A DNA stretch of 64,000 bases from the human T2T-CHM13v2.0 reference genome, Homo sapiens. Below the pieces are notes generated by a model. That model had not been told where the DNA came from and ran no database searches. It was given only the letters and a program-made list of their open reading frames with translations. The translations under genes were made by a program, and so were the position numbers. Where the stretch lies: assembly GCF_009914755.1 (NCBI RefSeq), contig NC_060939.1. One strand, written 5' to 3'. Shown piece by piece: positions 1 through 16,047 of this stretch (the first letter of the stretch is position 1; each line of letters starts with the position of its first letter).

Positions 1-1015
1 TTCCCAGCTCTGGGGTACTGGTGGGCATGTCGTGGGTGCTCAGTAAGTGCCAGCTGGGGGGCTGTATCCTCCCCAGCCCACACAAGGGCTGCACCTACTG
101 CCGCTCTGCCAGCTCCCTTGCTGCCTCCCCCCACCCTTCTGTGCACAATGGGCAGCCCCCTGGAAGAAGCAGAGATCCCCACTGAGCCCTCAGGGCATGC
201 AAGTGGTGTCCAGAGGCTTCCGGTGTGGTCTGGGCTTGCCTCCCACTGCATGCGAGGGGCAGTCAGGGAGTTAGGGTGAGGTGGTGGCCTGCCCAGTCTC
301 CTTGGGCTCAAGTGGTCCTTTAAGGCAGCCCTGGGTGCTCAGTTCCCAGGCTGGCTCAGAGTCACCTAGGAAAAGCACACCTAAGATTCAAATCAGCATG
401 TGCTGTGGGAGGTCCTGTCTGGGGTTCCTGGGAGAGGCCGTTCCCCACAGCTGGTGCCTAGTCCTGGGAGCCTCTTGCCCTCCCAGGTTCTCACTTAGGG
501 CCCCTCTGGCCCTCCCTCCTGTTAGATGCTGCTGCCTGCTTTCCTCTGCCAGACCCCATCCCCTAAGGGCGAGGCCCAAGCCTGAGTCATCCCTGGGTCC
601 CCATGGCCCACACAAACATCTGATGCAGAACAGAGGGTGAGCTTGAGTCCAGCAGAGAGAACTAAGGGGCACCACCCTCGTGGGGAAAGCAAGAGATGCA
701 AAACTCCGCAACTGCTGACTCTGGAATGGTGAAAGGATTTGTGCCACTCAGACGCCTCCCGGGTTTGCCACAGCCACTCGAAGGTGGGAGCAACTGAGAC
801 CACAGGCGTTGGACACCGTGGCAGGAAACATAGGGCACCTTCTGAGAAGGGACCCTGACGTGAGAGCTCTGAACACCCCATGCCCCATGCCCACCCAGCA
901 CAGTTTGGGAGGACAGGACCCGCTGGGCCAGCACTCTGAGATGACAGAGCTGGAGACCAGTGTCCCTCTGCCCTTCCGCCCAGCTGCCCGCAGGCCACTG
1001 GCAAAGCTCACTCAC
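1..1015 (-). other. TRPM1: Start of TRPM1 first intron
   Basis: Lies downstream (minus strand) of the GTGAGT donor; no further TRPM1 coding exon recognised. Confidence 0.85.
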
Positions 1016-1069
1016 CTTCTGCGACCCTGATGTGGAGCTCTTGAGCGAGCCCCGCTTGAAGGAGCTCAT
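1016..1069 (-). CDS. TRPM1: TRPM1 distal first exon ('exon 0'), coding part; N-terminus of the long isoform (MSSFKRGSLKSSTSGSQK)
   Basis: ATG at 1069-1067, then 18 codons and a perfect phase-0 donor AAG|GTGAGT (GT at 1015-1014). The peptide matches my recollection of the long TRPM1 isoform N-terminus, which continues GQKSWIEKTF... in the next exon outside the window to the left. Confidence 0.93.
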
Positions 1070-1700
1070 CTCTCTCAGTGAGCCTGTGAGCCACCCTGCT
1101 GACTCCCTCGGGTGGCCAGGCCAGTGGCACAGGGGCTGCCCTCCCTGGGTGGGCAGGAGCGGAGCCACACACTCGGCGGCAGCCCCACACTCGGCGGCAG
1201 CCCCACGCACTGGGCGAGGGGGCCGAGATCCTGGGGCGAGGCCGGCCGGAGGCTGGTTCAGCCTAGGAGGAGCATGTGCTGGCTTTTGGTGGCCCCTCCT
1301 GCCCGACTCCTGCTACCACCCCCAACATCTGTAATCAGGCTTAATCCCTCCATCCCCAAAAGGTTTAGAGGGAAGAGATTTAGCAAATGGAGATTGAAAG
1401 TAAATCTACTTTGAGAAAGTGGTGGCTGCAAAGGGTGGTCAAATGGGAAGGATTTGGGCGTCTGGAAAGGCGCATTGCGAGGGCAGACAGCCCCTTGCTG
1501 CTGGCATCTGAGGCCCCTTGGAGGGTGGCATCCAGATCCCAGAGGCCCGGTGCCCACCTGGCCAACCGCCTGAGTCTCAGAGAAGAATTTGCATCCAGGC
1601 CCAGGCTGTGGGTCTCAGCTCTCTCCTTGGAGCTGCCAGTGCGCATTTTCGCCCCGTTAATCTGGCAGCGACACAGCAAGCCTTCTTCTGAAGATCCTGT
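1070..1700 (-). promoter_or_regulatory. TRPM1: TRPM1 exon-0 5'UTR and distal promoter with K50-homeodomain (OTX2/CRX-type) motifs
   Basis: Locally CpG-enriched (1150-1250). TAATCA 1332-1337, GGCTTA 1338-1343, TAATCC 1342-1347, TAATCT 1658-1663. Exact TSS cannot be read from sequence. Confidence 0.65.
1168..1206. repeat. 18-bp tandem duplication (CACACTCGGCGGCAGCCC x2) in probable TRPM1 5'UTR
   Basis: Identical copies at 1168-1185 and 1186-1203, plus a partial CAC. Confidence 0.9.
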
Positions 1701-2184
1701 GGCCGGTGGCCCGTCTGTTCTGTGCTGCTCTGTGTGTGGGGCTCTCTGTGTCATTTCTGATTTCAGGGGTGCCTGTCTTGCCCCTCTTAAAGGCAGATGG
1801 GGTCATGGGTCTTTGCAGCACAAGCCTGGCCTGAAGTGTACCACCCTTGCTGCCGACCCTCCTCTGTCTCTTACAGGCACATGCATGTCACCTCCCACAT
1901 GCAAGGGAACAGACTGGAGCTCAGAGAGAACAGGCCATGTATTCCCATCGTCTTAGATAGATTTTTATCTAAGGACCAGCAAGCTGAAAATAAAATAATA
2001 GAAGGCTGTGGAGCCCTCATAGCTGTGAGGCCAGGACCCACCACCTCCTCTGGGAGGCCTGTCGGCTGTGGAAGTTTGGAGGGTGGAGGCATGACCTCCA
2101 CCTCTTGGGGTCTGGCTTACAACCAACACATCTCTTATGGTGCGGGGCCGGCCCTCTGTTCCCCTCTATCTCTCACACCCCTGA

Positions 2185-3250
<1,066 letters not shown>

Positions 3251-4207
3251 ACATAATGGCTTTTTCCAGTCCTAATTTTCTGAGGCCTCGCAGAGGATTG
3301 GATGCAGCCGATGCCTCATCCTCAGGCCGTCCCAGTTTGCCTCCTTGTCCTCAGGCAAATCCTCAGCACCCTGCGTGGTCTGACATCTTGCGTCTAACTG
3401 GAATTGTTACATTCCTTGAGGCTCTGTGCAAGCCCTCCTTTCCTCTCACTGGACCCTGGGTGACCTCCCCCTCCCTGTCAGCTCCGTTACCATGGGCACC
3501 CTCCTGCCCTGACCACCCATCCGGGGCTCTCTGCACCTCGTACTGGGCTTCCAAGCTGGCTCCCCATCGAAGAACCCGCCTCAAATGCAGCACTTCCCCA
3601 CCACTCTCTGGTCCACTTCTTGCCCTGGTCTTCCTCTAGGTTTCCTGTCTCAGTGATGGCTACCCCATCAGCAAGACAGGAAGCCTTCATGCTCTGGGAC
3701 TCCATGTCCTAGCCACCTCTGTACTGTGGTCTCCCAGACAGCTGTCTACACCTATGCAAAAAAGGGTAACTTTAAAAAATGCAGATCTGGTCAGGTAATG
3801 TTCCTGCTCAAAGCCCCTCAGAGCTCAGGACTGACTCAGATCCTCACCTGCCTCTAAGATGCTGCCTTTGCCCGCCTCCCTGCCGTGGCATCCTTTGCCC
3901 TTCTCCCCTGCCATGCTCCTTGGGCAGCACAGCGTTCTCTTGTCCTCAGCAGTACTGAGATGCTGGCCATGGCATGTGTGTGTAACGTTACTTGGCTAAC
4001 CTGTGCCTCCTATCTCTGGGCCTCCTGGCACCTGTCCTGGATCTGTTGGGCTCACCAGTTCTATCATTTCTTTGAGTTTCAGAGCATTGCAAAAGTATGG
4101 AAATGCTCCAAACTTGTCTTATGAAGCTAGTACAATCCTAACACCAAAGCCAGATCAGGAGAGGTCACCTTAGACCAGTTCACTGGTGAAAACAGACACA
4201 AAACTTA

Positions 4208-4577
<370 letters not shown>

Positions 4578-5015
4578 TCACGTAATTAAGCATATTAACA
4601 GATTAATGAAGAAATGCCCTGTGATCATCTCAATAGCTGCCAAAACCATATGGTCCATCTCAGTAGAGCCAAAAAAAAAAAAAAAAAAAAAAAACAAAAA
4701 AAAAACCACACAAGAAAAAGAAGTCTAAACCAAAAACAAACAAAACCCCAAAATATTTGACATTTAGAAACAATTCCTTATTAAAATAGAAACAAACAAA
4801 AACTCTCAGCAACCTAAGAATACAAGGAAACTTCTGTAACTTGATGGCAGATACCTCCTAGAGGCATCCTGCAGGCATCCATGATAATTGGTGAAATATT
4901 AGAAACAGTTTCATAAAGATCAAGGACAGAATAAAGCCTGCTGTCTCCATAGTTTTATTCAACATTTTCCTGGAGGTTCTAACCAATGCAGAAATATAGT
5001 AAGACAAGAAAAAGA

Positions 5016-5471
<456 letters not shown>

Positions 5472-5669
5472 CTAGGTCGACAGGAATAAAATAACAGGTT
5501 TTCTGTCCTCAAGCATAGTCAATTAGAAAATAGTTCCAATCATATTGCAAAAGAAACAGTAAAACACTTAGTAACAAGCCTAGAAAGAAGTGTGTAAAGT
5601 CTATAGGAAGAAAACAATAAAATTTTACTGAAGAACATAAAAGGAGATCTTGACAAAAAATATATTTTC

Positions 5670-5995
<326 letters not shown>

Positions 5996-6510
5996 GACAA
6001 AATATATATTTTCATTCATTGCTGGAATATTTTTAAGAAATCAATCTCACAATAGCTATTAAAGTATACATACTCTTACTAGCAATTCCTATCCTGGGAA
6101 TTCATTCCTTAAAAATTAAAACTGTGATATGTAAAAATATACTTTCAAGGATGTTAACTTATCTGTAAACTGTATGCCATACTGACAACATTACTCTCAG
6201 TATTTTCAATGATTGTTTATAGTGGCAAAAAAATCCCCACAAAACTGGAAACAAAGTCAGTGCCCTTCAAAGGAAAAATAGTAGAATAAATTGTGGTGCA
6301 TGCACACCATGGAATAATATATAACCATTTAAAACAGTTGGTTCTATGCCAGTTGACGTGGAAGGATTTCCATAATATATTTTTATGGAAACCGAGAAGC
6401 AAGATGCAGATAGGTATAGAAAGTGTATATAGTATGATGTAATATTTTTGTAAAACAAAACATATATATATATATATATATATAGATGTTACATCTATCT
6501 GTATTGATAT

Positions 6511-6792
6511 CTTTTTTCTTTTTTGAGATGGAGTCTCGCTCTGTTGCCCAGGGTGGAGTGCAGTGGCGCAATCTCAGCTCGCTACAGCCTCCGCCTCCCG
6601 GTTCAAGTGATTCTCCTGCCTCAGCCTCCCGACTAGATGGGACTACAGGTGTGTGCCACCACACCTGGCTGGTTTTTCTATTTTTAGTAGAGACGGGGTT
6701 TCACCATGCTGGTCTCGAACTCCTGACCTCAGGTGATCCACCCGCCTCAGCCTCCCAAAGTGCTGGGATTACAGGCGTGAACCACTGCACCC
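6511..6792 (-). mobile_element. AluS
   Basis: Alu consensus, antisense. Confidence 0.88.
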
Positions 6793-8064
6793 ATGAACAT
6801 GTATAATAAAAACGTATTACACATGTTTACAAAAAGATTACATCTATCAGTCAATCAATTTATCTTCTAACCTATGGTGTGTTTATTTGAACGTTGAGAA
6901 AAGTATAGATGGATATATAGTAAATCTATGTTTTAATTCCAGTTTTAAAAATGTTTATTTTATGTATATTTTATTTTTAGAAAAAATACAAATTAAAAAT
7001 TAAAGACATGCTCTCTCTATTTTGCCCAGCCCAGTCTCGAACTCCTGGGCTCAAGTGATCCTCCTGCCTTGGCTGCCCAAAGTGCTGGGATTGCAGTACG
7101 AGCCACCTCACTCGGCCAATTCTAGTTTTAACGTTTAGCAAAATGATACACATGTGCTGAACAGTTATACGACCCACAATAAAACTTAACCTCTGCCTTA
7201 CCTTTTCCCCCTTCATCTCCTGTTCATTGAGATAATCATTTTCAATTCACTTATCTGTTTTTTTGGTATTTACCTCCAGATTCTAAATAACATACATTTA
7301 ATATTATTTCTTAGTTTTTCAATTGTAGACTTTATAATTGACTTTTTATTAAGGAAGGTAAATATATAGATATTGTAGCCCTCACCACTCCCACCAACCA
7401 CACTTCCTTTCCTGCAGTCTTCATGGGGTGATGTCATAGTTCTGGAGTAAATTAATATTTGGTGTTCTCTTTACTATGGAATAATTTACTTATAGTTCAT
7501 ATAGCGTTTGTATAGTTTCCCTTCACCTTTTAATTTTGCCTGAAGTTGATACTTGCTGAGTTTTCCTTCATTTAATTAGTTTTGTTTTTATTATTAACTT
7601 ATCTCTAAACTCTATTCCAGACCTGTAACATAACTCTGAATATTGTCAAATTGGTGACACATGCATTCCATTTTCTTCTTGGAACCAACCTGCTTCTATC
7701 TGGCTGCTCTCTAGGTTGGCTCCAACCATATCACTCTAGCTTGGGATGGAGCTGGGAGTTTCCCTCCCTTCCCCGACCTGACTCTTCCCCCAACCCCATC
7801 CCAGTCTCCCTGGGGTCACTGGGGCCTTTTCACCAACTCACCTGGAAGCTTTCTCCCTGCCCTCTGTTTCCCTGAATTACTGACAAAGAAAGGCAGGGTT
7901 TCCTGGGGAACTTTTCACCTCTCAGCCCCAGGAAACTGTGGGTAGAGGCGCTGAACTTGGGGTGGAGGCAGGAGGGGTTGATTCAGAAACAATAAGCCCT
8001 AATGACCGATGTCATCTGCTCCAGAAATTACCAGCTCAGTTTCAGTTTGAAAGACCTGATTCCG

Positions 8065-8681
<617 letters not shown>

Positions 8682-9361
8682 CTAATGGACCAGCTCCGAC
8701 TGCCATGGGTCAGATGAGGTGGCTCGGGCTGTGTAGTGGTCATATTCAGCATGTCTGGCTAGTAGCAGGAGCCACTGATTTTCACTAAGGGCATCATTTT
8801 TGCCAACAGATACCTGTGCTTCAATCTCTTCCCATCTGTATCTTTCTCTCTATCTTGTTTTCTTTATCTATTGTTTTTTATTTATTTTTATTTATCTATA
8901 TCTATTTATCTATATTTCTCTATCTATTGTTTTCTTTCTCTGCCTGTCTGTGTCTGTCTCTCCTGCCATCTCCCTCTTCATGTTGCCCTGTAGTTTTCCC
9001 CTTAAAAACGTGTAAATTGGTTTGTCAGGGAACAAAATGTCTTCGATGGTTTGAGGCCAAGGAAGAGAAGAGTCTCATGGTAGCAGCACCCAGAGAAAGC
9101 CCAGGCTGGAGAGCTCGGCAGGAGGGCTCTTCTCTGGGTCGGGGTCAGGATGCTTCTAAAAGTGGATGGCCTCGAAACTTTCTGCAAAAACAGACTGAGG
9201 GAGCTCATGTCATTAAATGTGCCATTAGAAATCTCCAGACCCCAAAGAGTGGAAAGAATTCACTTCACATTAAGCCCAAACGTGATTATTCTCGCTCCAT
9301 CCCCCAGGCTTAGCGGTCTGCATTTTGGAGCATCCCAAATCAGGATTAAAAGTGAGCATGC

Positions 9362-9671
<310 letters not shown>

Positions 9672-11410
9672 AAAAGTGAGCATGCAGGGCCAGGCCAGAG
9701 CTGAGCCCCTGAACAGAGTGGGGGAGCACCTGTACGGGGAGAGCGGCCGAGGCTGCCCTGCGGTGTCGGAGTTGGGGATGACTTCTCATCTCTGTGGCCC
9801 ATCTGGCTGCCCACCTGCCACTGTGTCACAGGACGTGAGACAGGTGGACCTTCTCTGAGAGTCTGCTCTGTGCTGGGAGGGGACCTGGGCTCAGCTATGC
9901 AGAGCTGTGGGGCTTTGGGCATGTTGACTTCCCTTCCCCATAGCTGCAAAAGCCCCACATGGCCCACTGTTTTGGTCAGAGGTCCTAATATGTGGGGGAG
10001 TCCCTTGTAAACCGCAGAATGCTTCCTAATTTAAGGCTTAGGGTATTGCTGCAATGATCAAGGTTTGAGGCTAGCAGACTGGCTGCCTTGATTTTGACAA
10101 ATTTGGGCACAGTCATCCACAGACACAGTCTGCTTCATTCTAACATTTTTCACATTTATTAGTTGAGTGTCTGATATTTGGAAAAGATGGAATTTATTGC
10201 TAGAATTCATGGTGAGCCAGTCCTCTAAGGCTCAGGAAGGCTGCACAGGGCAGATGGAGTCTCATCATTGTGTGCCCCAAGTCGCACCACAGTTGAGAGA
10301 CCCCAAATGGGTTTTATGCCCTACGGGTGACTAGGATCACTAAGCACAAGCAATTTGGGACATCCTGTTCTAGGAGGGACGAGAACATTGCCCAGGCGGT
10401 TCTGGGCAGCTCCTCCTTATCTCAGGCAGTTGCAACCTCAGTACACTCCACAGTGATTTTAAGATCCATGAGCAGATGGGGAAGAGCTAGGTTGGCCAAG
10501 GCCAGCCAGAGACCTGTCCTCCTGCAATACAGCTCACAGTCCCTTCCCTTTGCCCTCTATCTTCCTCCAGACCCCGGCTACTCTAGGTCACATCTGGTGT
10601 CTCTCACCCTGGGTCACTGCTTTCTACCCTCCCTACTTCCAGGGCCAGGGTAGGCCCAGAGACTAGGGACCACTCTTGCCAAGCCTCAGTGGACAGTGTG
10701 TCACGTGCATATTATTTCTCTTCTGTGAGACTAGACCCCTGATCTTGCTACTGCACCCCAGAACCAAAGAAGGTGTGTGCATGGGAGGGGCTCCCACCAA
10801 CACACCTCCCAGGGGGCTGCCTGAGGACCACCAAGCTCTGCCCAAGCCCCGGAGTGCAGCTTAGTGTACCATGAAGCTGCCAGGGTTCATTCTCAAGAGC
10901 ATGCAGACCTGTCCCGAGAGGAGCATGTCTCTCCCAGAGCAAAAATTGGAGGCAAACTGCGTTTCAGTGTGAGGTTCTGGGGGCTCATGTTTAGATGAAG
11001 GCATCCAACTTGGTAATTGTAACCACATACTACAAACAAACATCTGCAAATATTAAAAATGCATTTTCCCTAGAGATCTCCATGAATTGTCAAGGGTAGA
11101 GTGACCAGGGTGGTCCTGATTCATGTCGCTGGCTCCTAAGGGCTCAAAGGCATAGTTACCATGCCCAGAGTGAGGAGAGGGTATCACTACTTAGGGGATT
11201 ATTGGTTCATTTGGCATCAAGAGGTGCCACACCTCCATGGTGTGGACTTTGGCTCCATGGACCCCAGCCTCCCGCAACCTGCCTGTGTCTGCCCAGCAGA
11301 TGAAGGGTACCTGCAGAGGTGGGAGGGGGTAAGGCTAACACTCACTCCTCTGCTTCTGCCAGTCCCTTCCCTGGCCTCCGCCAGGCATATGACAACCTTC
11401 CCGATGTCCG

Positions 11411-11968
11411 TGTCATCAGCTTGGGCTGCTGTGACTAAGGACCACAGGCTGGGGGTCTTCAACATTGGAAGTCATTGCCTCACAGTCCTGGAGACTGGAG
11501 GTCTGAGACTGAGGTGTGGGCAGGGCTGGTTTCTCCTGAGGCCTCTCTCCTTGGCTTAGAATTGGCCATCCTCTCCCTATGTCCTCACATGGCTGTCTCT
11601 CTGTGCACATCTGTGTCCAAATTTCCTCTTTTTTTCTTTTTTCTTTTAGAGACAGGGTCTCGTCACCCAGGCTTGGAGTGCAGTGGCCCAATCATGGCTC
11701 ACTGCAGACTCCAGCTTCTGGGCTCAAGTGATCCTCCTGCCTCAGCCTCCTGAGACACTGGGACCACAGGTGTGAGCCATCATGCCCGGCTAAACTAAAT
11801 TTCCTCTTCTTATAAAGACACCAGTCAGATTAGATTAGGGTCCATGCCAAAGACCTCATAAACTTAGTTATTTCTTTAAAGACTGTTGTCAAATACAGTT
11901 TCCTTCTGACGCCCTCAGGGTTAGGGTTTCGGCATATAAATGCTGGGGTACATGATTCATCCCATACA
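11411..11968 (-). mobile_element. MaLR LTR (MLT1B-like) containing an Alu monomer (FRAM-like, ~11631-11793)
   Basis: MLT1 consensus motifs; monomer flanked by TSD AAATTTCCTCTT. Confidence 0.75.
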
Positions 11969-13314
11969 CCCTGGAGGAGGTTCCCTGGCCCCTTAGCTGT
12001 ATGGCGTGTGTCCCTCTAGCTCTGCAGTCTCCCGAGAGTCATTTCCCCCACACCTCCGGCTCCTCAAGCTGCCTGCTTCCCACTCTGCCAGCCTGAGTTC
12101 TTGGAGGCACTCACAGTGGCGCCATGCGGGAGGTATCAGCTCTGGGTGACTTTGGCCCAGCCCATGGCACAAGAGGTGCTCAGAACCTGTTGCTGGCCCA
12201 ACAGTAAGCAGGCAAGTGAACCCAAGGGTGGAAAGATGGTGCTCTGAACCACGTTTTCCTGGAAGCGCAAGCTGGGTGGGTGGGTGAGGGGCACCCTGGC
12301 CTGGCCTAGCTGCCTCCAATGGCCCCTCCATGGTGTGGGCCTTGCCTCCCTGGACCCCAGCCTCCCCCAACCCACTTTCCCATCTCTCAGAAGAGAGGGG
12401 AGCTGAGGGAAGCATGTCCCCTGCAGGCCTCACCACCCTCCTCTGGCTCTGCACCTGGACTGGCCCGGCCCCTACCCAGGGATCACCTCAAGTGCTGGTT
12501 AAGCACTGGCCCAGGGAGTGGAGGCCGGGCTGCGGGTCACCCCAGCTTTGGTAGGACCTCTTTTGTGTACGAAATAATTATACGTGTGCCATTTGATGTT
12601 GTAGCTGAGCTTTTAAAAGGCTCGGGGGAAAATGGATAAGAAATTTCAGTTTTATATGGAAAACATGCCTGGGAACCAAGCCACCCCACTGGGCTCTGAA
12701 AGCAGCAGACGCTTAGCTTAGCACTGATGGTAAGTACTTCTTCTGAAAAGGAGAGCAAAAGGATGAAAGAACATGCCCTGGAAGGGGGGCACTGCGCCTG
12801 GGGGTCTCTAGCAGGCCAAGTGTTTTCAGGGACTTGTCTCTTGTCCACCCCTGCAGGCCTGTTCCTGACACCAAGCACAAAATCTGTGCCCGCTAGGGCT
12901 TGCCTCCACCCTGTGGGTGGGAAAGCCAGGGCTCAGCGGCCTTGGGCCCCCTTAGGGCTGCTGGGGTTCCAGTCAGCCTCTGGTCACAGCTGCGCCTGTC
13001 CTCCCTTCTCCTCCAGGCCATGCCCAGCACCCATGCCCAAACAAAGCCCTCTCTCCCTGACCCCGAGAAGGGATGGGCCTCGCACCTGCAATTCCCAGCA
13101 CAGGGCTGGGACCAGTGGAGGTGTTCAACACATATCAGGAGAAAGGAGGCACCCTATGAAGAAAGGAGGCACCCTAAGGTGATCTGGTCCGGTACCCTAG
13201 AGCCCGCCCCTGGGAAGATGCTGGTGTGGGCAGGTGAGGCTGGATTCAGCAAGCCTGAGGCCATGCAGGCCTAGCCCCAGTGGTGAGTCCCTGCCCAGGC
13301 ACACTTTAGTCCCA

Positions 13315-13737
13315 TTTGAGGTGGTCTCCTGGGAATGCCTTAACAAAGGACCACAGACTGGGGGACTTAAAGGACAGACATTTCCTCTGTCTCAGTTCCA
13401 GAGGTGGGAGGTATGAGGCAGTGTCAGCAGGGTTGGTGCCTCTTGGGCCGTGAGGGAGAATCTGCCCCAGGCCTCTCCCCCGCTGCTGGTGTTTCGCTGG
13501 CGATCTTTGGTATTCCTTGGCTTCATCTGCACGAGGTGTTCTCCCAGTGTGTTTCGTCCAAATTTCCTCTTCTTATGTGGACATCTGTCATGCTGGATGA
13601 GGGCCTACCCCAGTGACCTCGTCTTAATTTGAGGGCCTCTGTGAAGACCCAATGTCCAAATAAGGTCACGTTCTGAGGTATGGGAGTTAGGATTTCAACA
13701 AAGAACTTCAGGAGGGGATGCCATTCAGCCCATAACA
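13315..13737 (-). mobile_element. MaLR LTR (MLT1C-like)
   Basis: accacagactgggggactta...ccaaataaggtcacgttctgagg...cagcccataaca. Confidence 0.75.
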
Positions 13738-13902
13738 ACATCCAACAGAAGAGCCAGTGCTAGGCGGGAGGGCAAGCACACCCCTCTTCTCCCACTCAAT
13801 TCCAGATCTGTTTGTGGGGCCAATTAACACCTGAGGTGAATCCCTCGAGAAGGGGCCTCGTGGGCCTGACTTTGCGATCATCCAAACACTCTATGTTCAA
13901 GA

Positions 13903-14215
13903 GTATCATATCATCATATCATGTCATATCACATCATATCATATTGTGTCATATCATATCATGTCAGAACATATCATACCATATTATATATCATGTCATA
14001 TCACCATGTCATATCATATCATGTCATATCACATCATGTCACATCATATTATGTCATATATCATGTCATATCATCATATTGTATCATATCATCATACTGT
14101 CATATCATATCAGACCATATCATGCCACATCATGCCATGCCATACCATGTCATACCATACTGTATCATATGATGTCATCTCTCATCTCATCACGTCATGT
14201 CATACCATGTCATAT
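13903..14215. repeat. Degenerate pentamer repeat (CATAT/CATGT/CATAC)n
   Basis: Directly visible. Confidence 0.95.
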
Positions 14216-14730
14216 AAATTTTCATGCTAATAGTGGCCCTCATCTGAGGCTGCTGTGTCCTTTGCTCTCCAACACCATGGTGTGTGGGAAGGACTGTGAA
14301 TGCAGTGCACTCCTCCTTCTCTTGCAGGGAACAAGGAAATAAGGACAGCTGCCATGCCAGGTCTTCCTCCCAGGCCTCCTGCCAGGACCCTGGGCTGCCA
14401 CTTAGGTGGACACCTGGTGCAGTGGGAAAGTCCCGGGCAGGATTTTAGGGTCTGGTTTGCTGTTGCTGAGCCATTCTAGGCCACCCCCTCCCACTCTTCT
14501 CTCACTTTCTCACCCATGTCTGGGAGTGCTGCAAGGATCATTTGTCACAGTGCTTGATCAGTGGGCTCATCCCCTTTCTCCTGCCCACACTGAGGCTGAG
14601 AGCCAGGGCACATGGGGTCCCAGGGTCAGTTTCAGTGCCATCCAGGTCTGTAACTGATTGGCTCCTGGCAGGGACTGCTGCTTATCGCCACCTCTTTCCC
14701 TGTGCTTCTGGGCCTTCTGGGTGCACACTA

Positions 14731-14897
14731 AAAGCAGATCCAGGTTTAGCCAGGCATGAATCCTGTGCAATTGGGTGACCCTCTTGAAGAAAATGAACAC
14801 AAACTTACAAATGCGTAATTAGGTGCAAAGCCTTGGCAGGGCTGGGGTTGCACATCAAGTTTGAGCTTCACTTGCTTCAGGGAGAAGCTACCTGTGT
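14731..14897 (+). mobile_element. MER53-like hAT MITE
   Basis: gcagatccaggttt...ctcttgaagaaaatgaacacaaacttacaaat...gagcttcacttgcttcaggg resembles the MER53 consensus. Confidence 0.55.
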
Positions 14898-15931
14898 GTA
14901 CTCATAGGGGCTGGGGGCTGTGGTGGTCGCCAGGACAGGGTGAATTTGATGCCGTGCATACATGCACTTGATATTGTTTTGACAAATGGTAACCAAGCCT
15001 CATACTCCACCACCATGGGCCCCTGTCATAGGCCTGCACACCGTTAGTGCTGTAAAATGGACAGAGGGGTCTGAAAGGTGGTCCTTGTCTCTGAGGGGTC
15101 TCTCTAGAGCCAGTGAAGGAAGTGGAAGCTAAAGGCCCCACGGAGTCAGGAAGCATAGGGTCTTCTTGCTGCCTCGTGACGCTTGCAGTGACCAGTCGTG
15201 GCTCAGTCATCTCTCCCTGCTTCTGATTTTTCTTGAGGCTTGCATAGTTAAAAATAATAATAAAACCACACTCGTTGTATGGAAACCACAAAATACCCAC
15301 TTTTAACTCTGACAGAATCTAGTAATTGTGTTCTCCCCAAAAGAAGAGAGTGGAAGAGCTCATTTGAAAGACGCAGCATAATTTGAGTGAACTCTTTTGA
15401 AAATCTGATTGTTGAAACATTGCCCATTGTTCTTCATTAGATGTGAAAATAAAATCCTGGAAGATTTCTTGAGATGAGCATTTTAGAGAAGAAACGACCC
15501 CAACAGACTCATTTTGTTTAATGCATCCAAGAACTCATGCATGGCTGTAAATCCCATGAAACTCCAAAACTCAGAACTCCAGAAATGTCATCAAATTTTT
15601 GAAAGCATAAAACCGAGAGAGGAAGAGTGAAAAGAAACCCCACCATAGGTGGCTAAGAGCAGAGCTGCCACTTGGGTGTCCCAAGGAGTGACCGAAGTGT
15701 GGTCATTTTCTGGTGGGCCACCAAAGTGACCTCTTAATCTCCCCTCCACAGCAACCGGGAGTCACCCTGGGATTGGAGGCAAGGTCCATCCTGGCCCCCA
15801 GCCAGCGAGCCCTGCCTCCCATGCCTGACTGGCACCACCAGGCCTGGAGGAGCTGGTGGGGTACCGCCCTCTCTGCTGAGAGGCTTGGAAAAGCTCACTG
15901 AGGAGGCTGTAGGTCTTGGCACCAAGGTTTA

Positions 15932-16047
15932 ATCATTGTCATATCGTCGTATTGTGTCATATCATCATACTGTGTCATATCATATCATACCGTATCATGC
16001 CATATCATGCCATGCCATACCATACCGTATCATATGATGTCATCTCT
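15932..16047. repeat. Second pentamer-repeat block, colinear copy of the 3' part of 13903-14215
   Basis: Shares the same order of variant units, ending in gtatcatatgatgtcatctct. Confidence 0.85.

Noticed and set aside
662-1210. 182-aa ORF containing the TRPM1 peptide
   Set aside because: Only 1069-1016 is real; the rest is 5'UTR (non-ATG start) and intron read-through past the GTGAGT donor.
13812-14342. His/Ile/Ser/Cys-rich ORFs resembling metal-binding proteins
   Set aside because: Translations of the CATAT pentamer repeat, open in all three frames.
15290-15650. AT-rich stretch that might be a pseudogene or DNA-transposon remnant
   Set aside because: No recognisable reading frame, TIR, TSD or poly(A); cannot support a call without a search.
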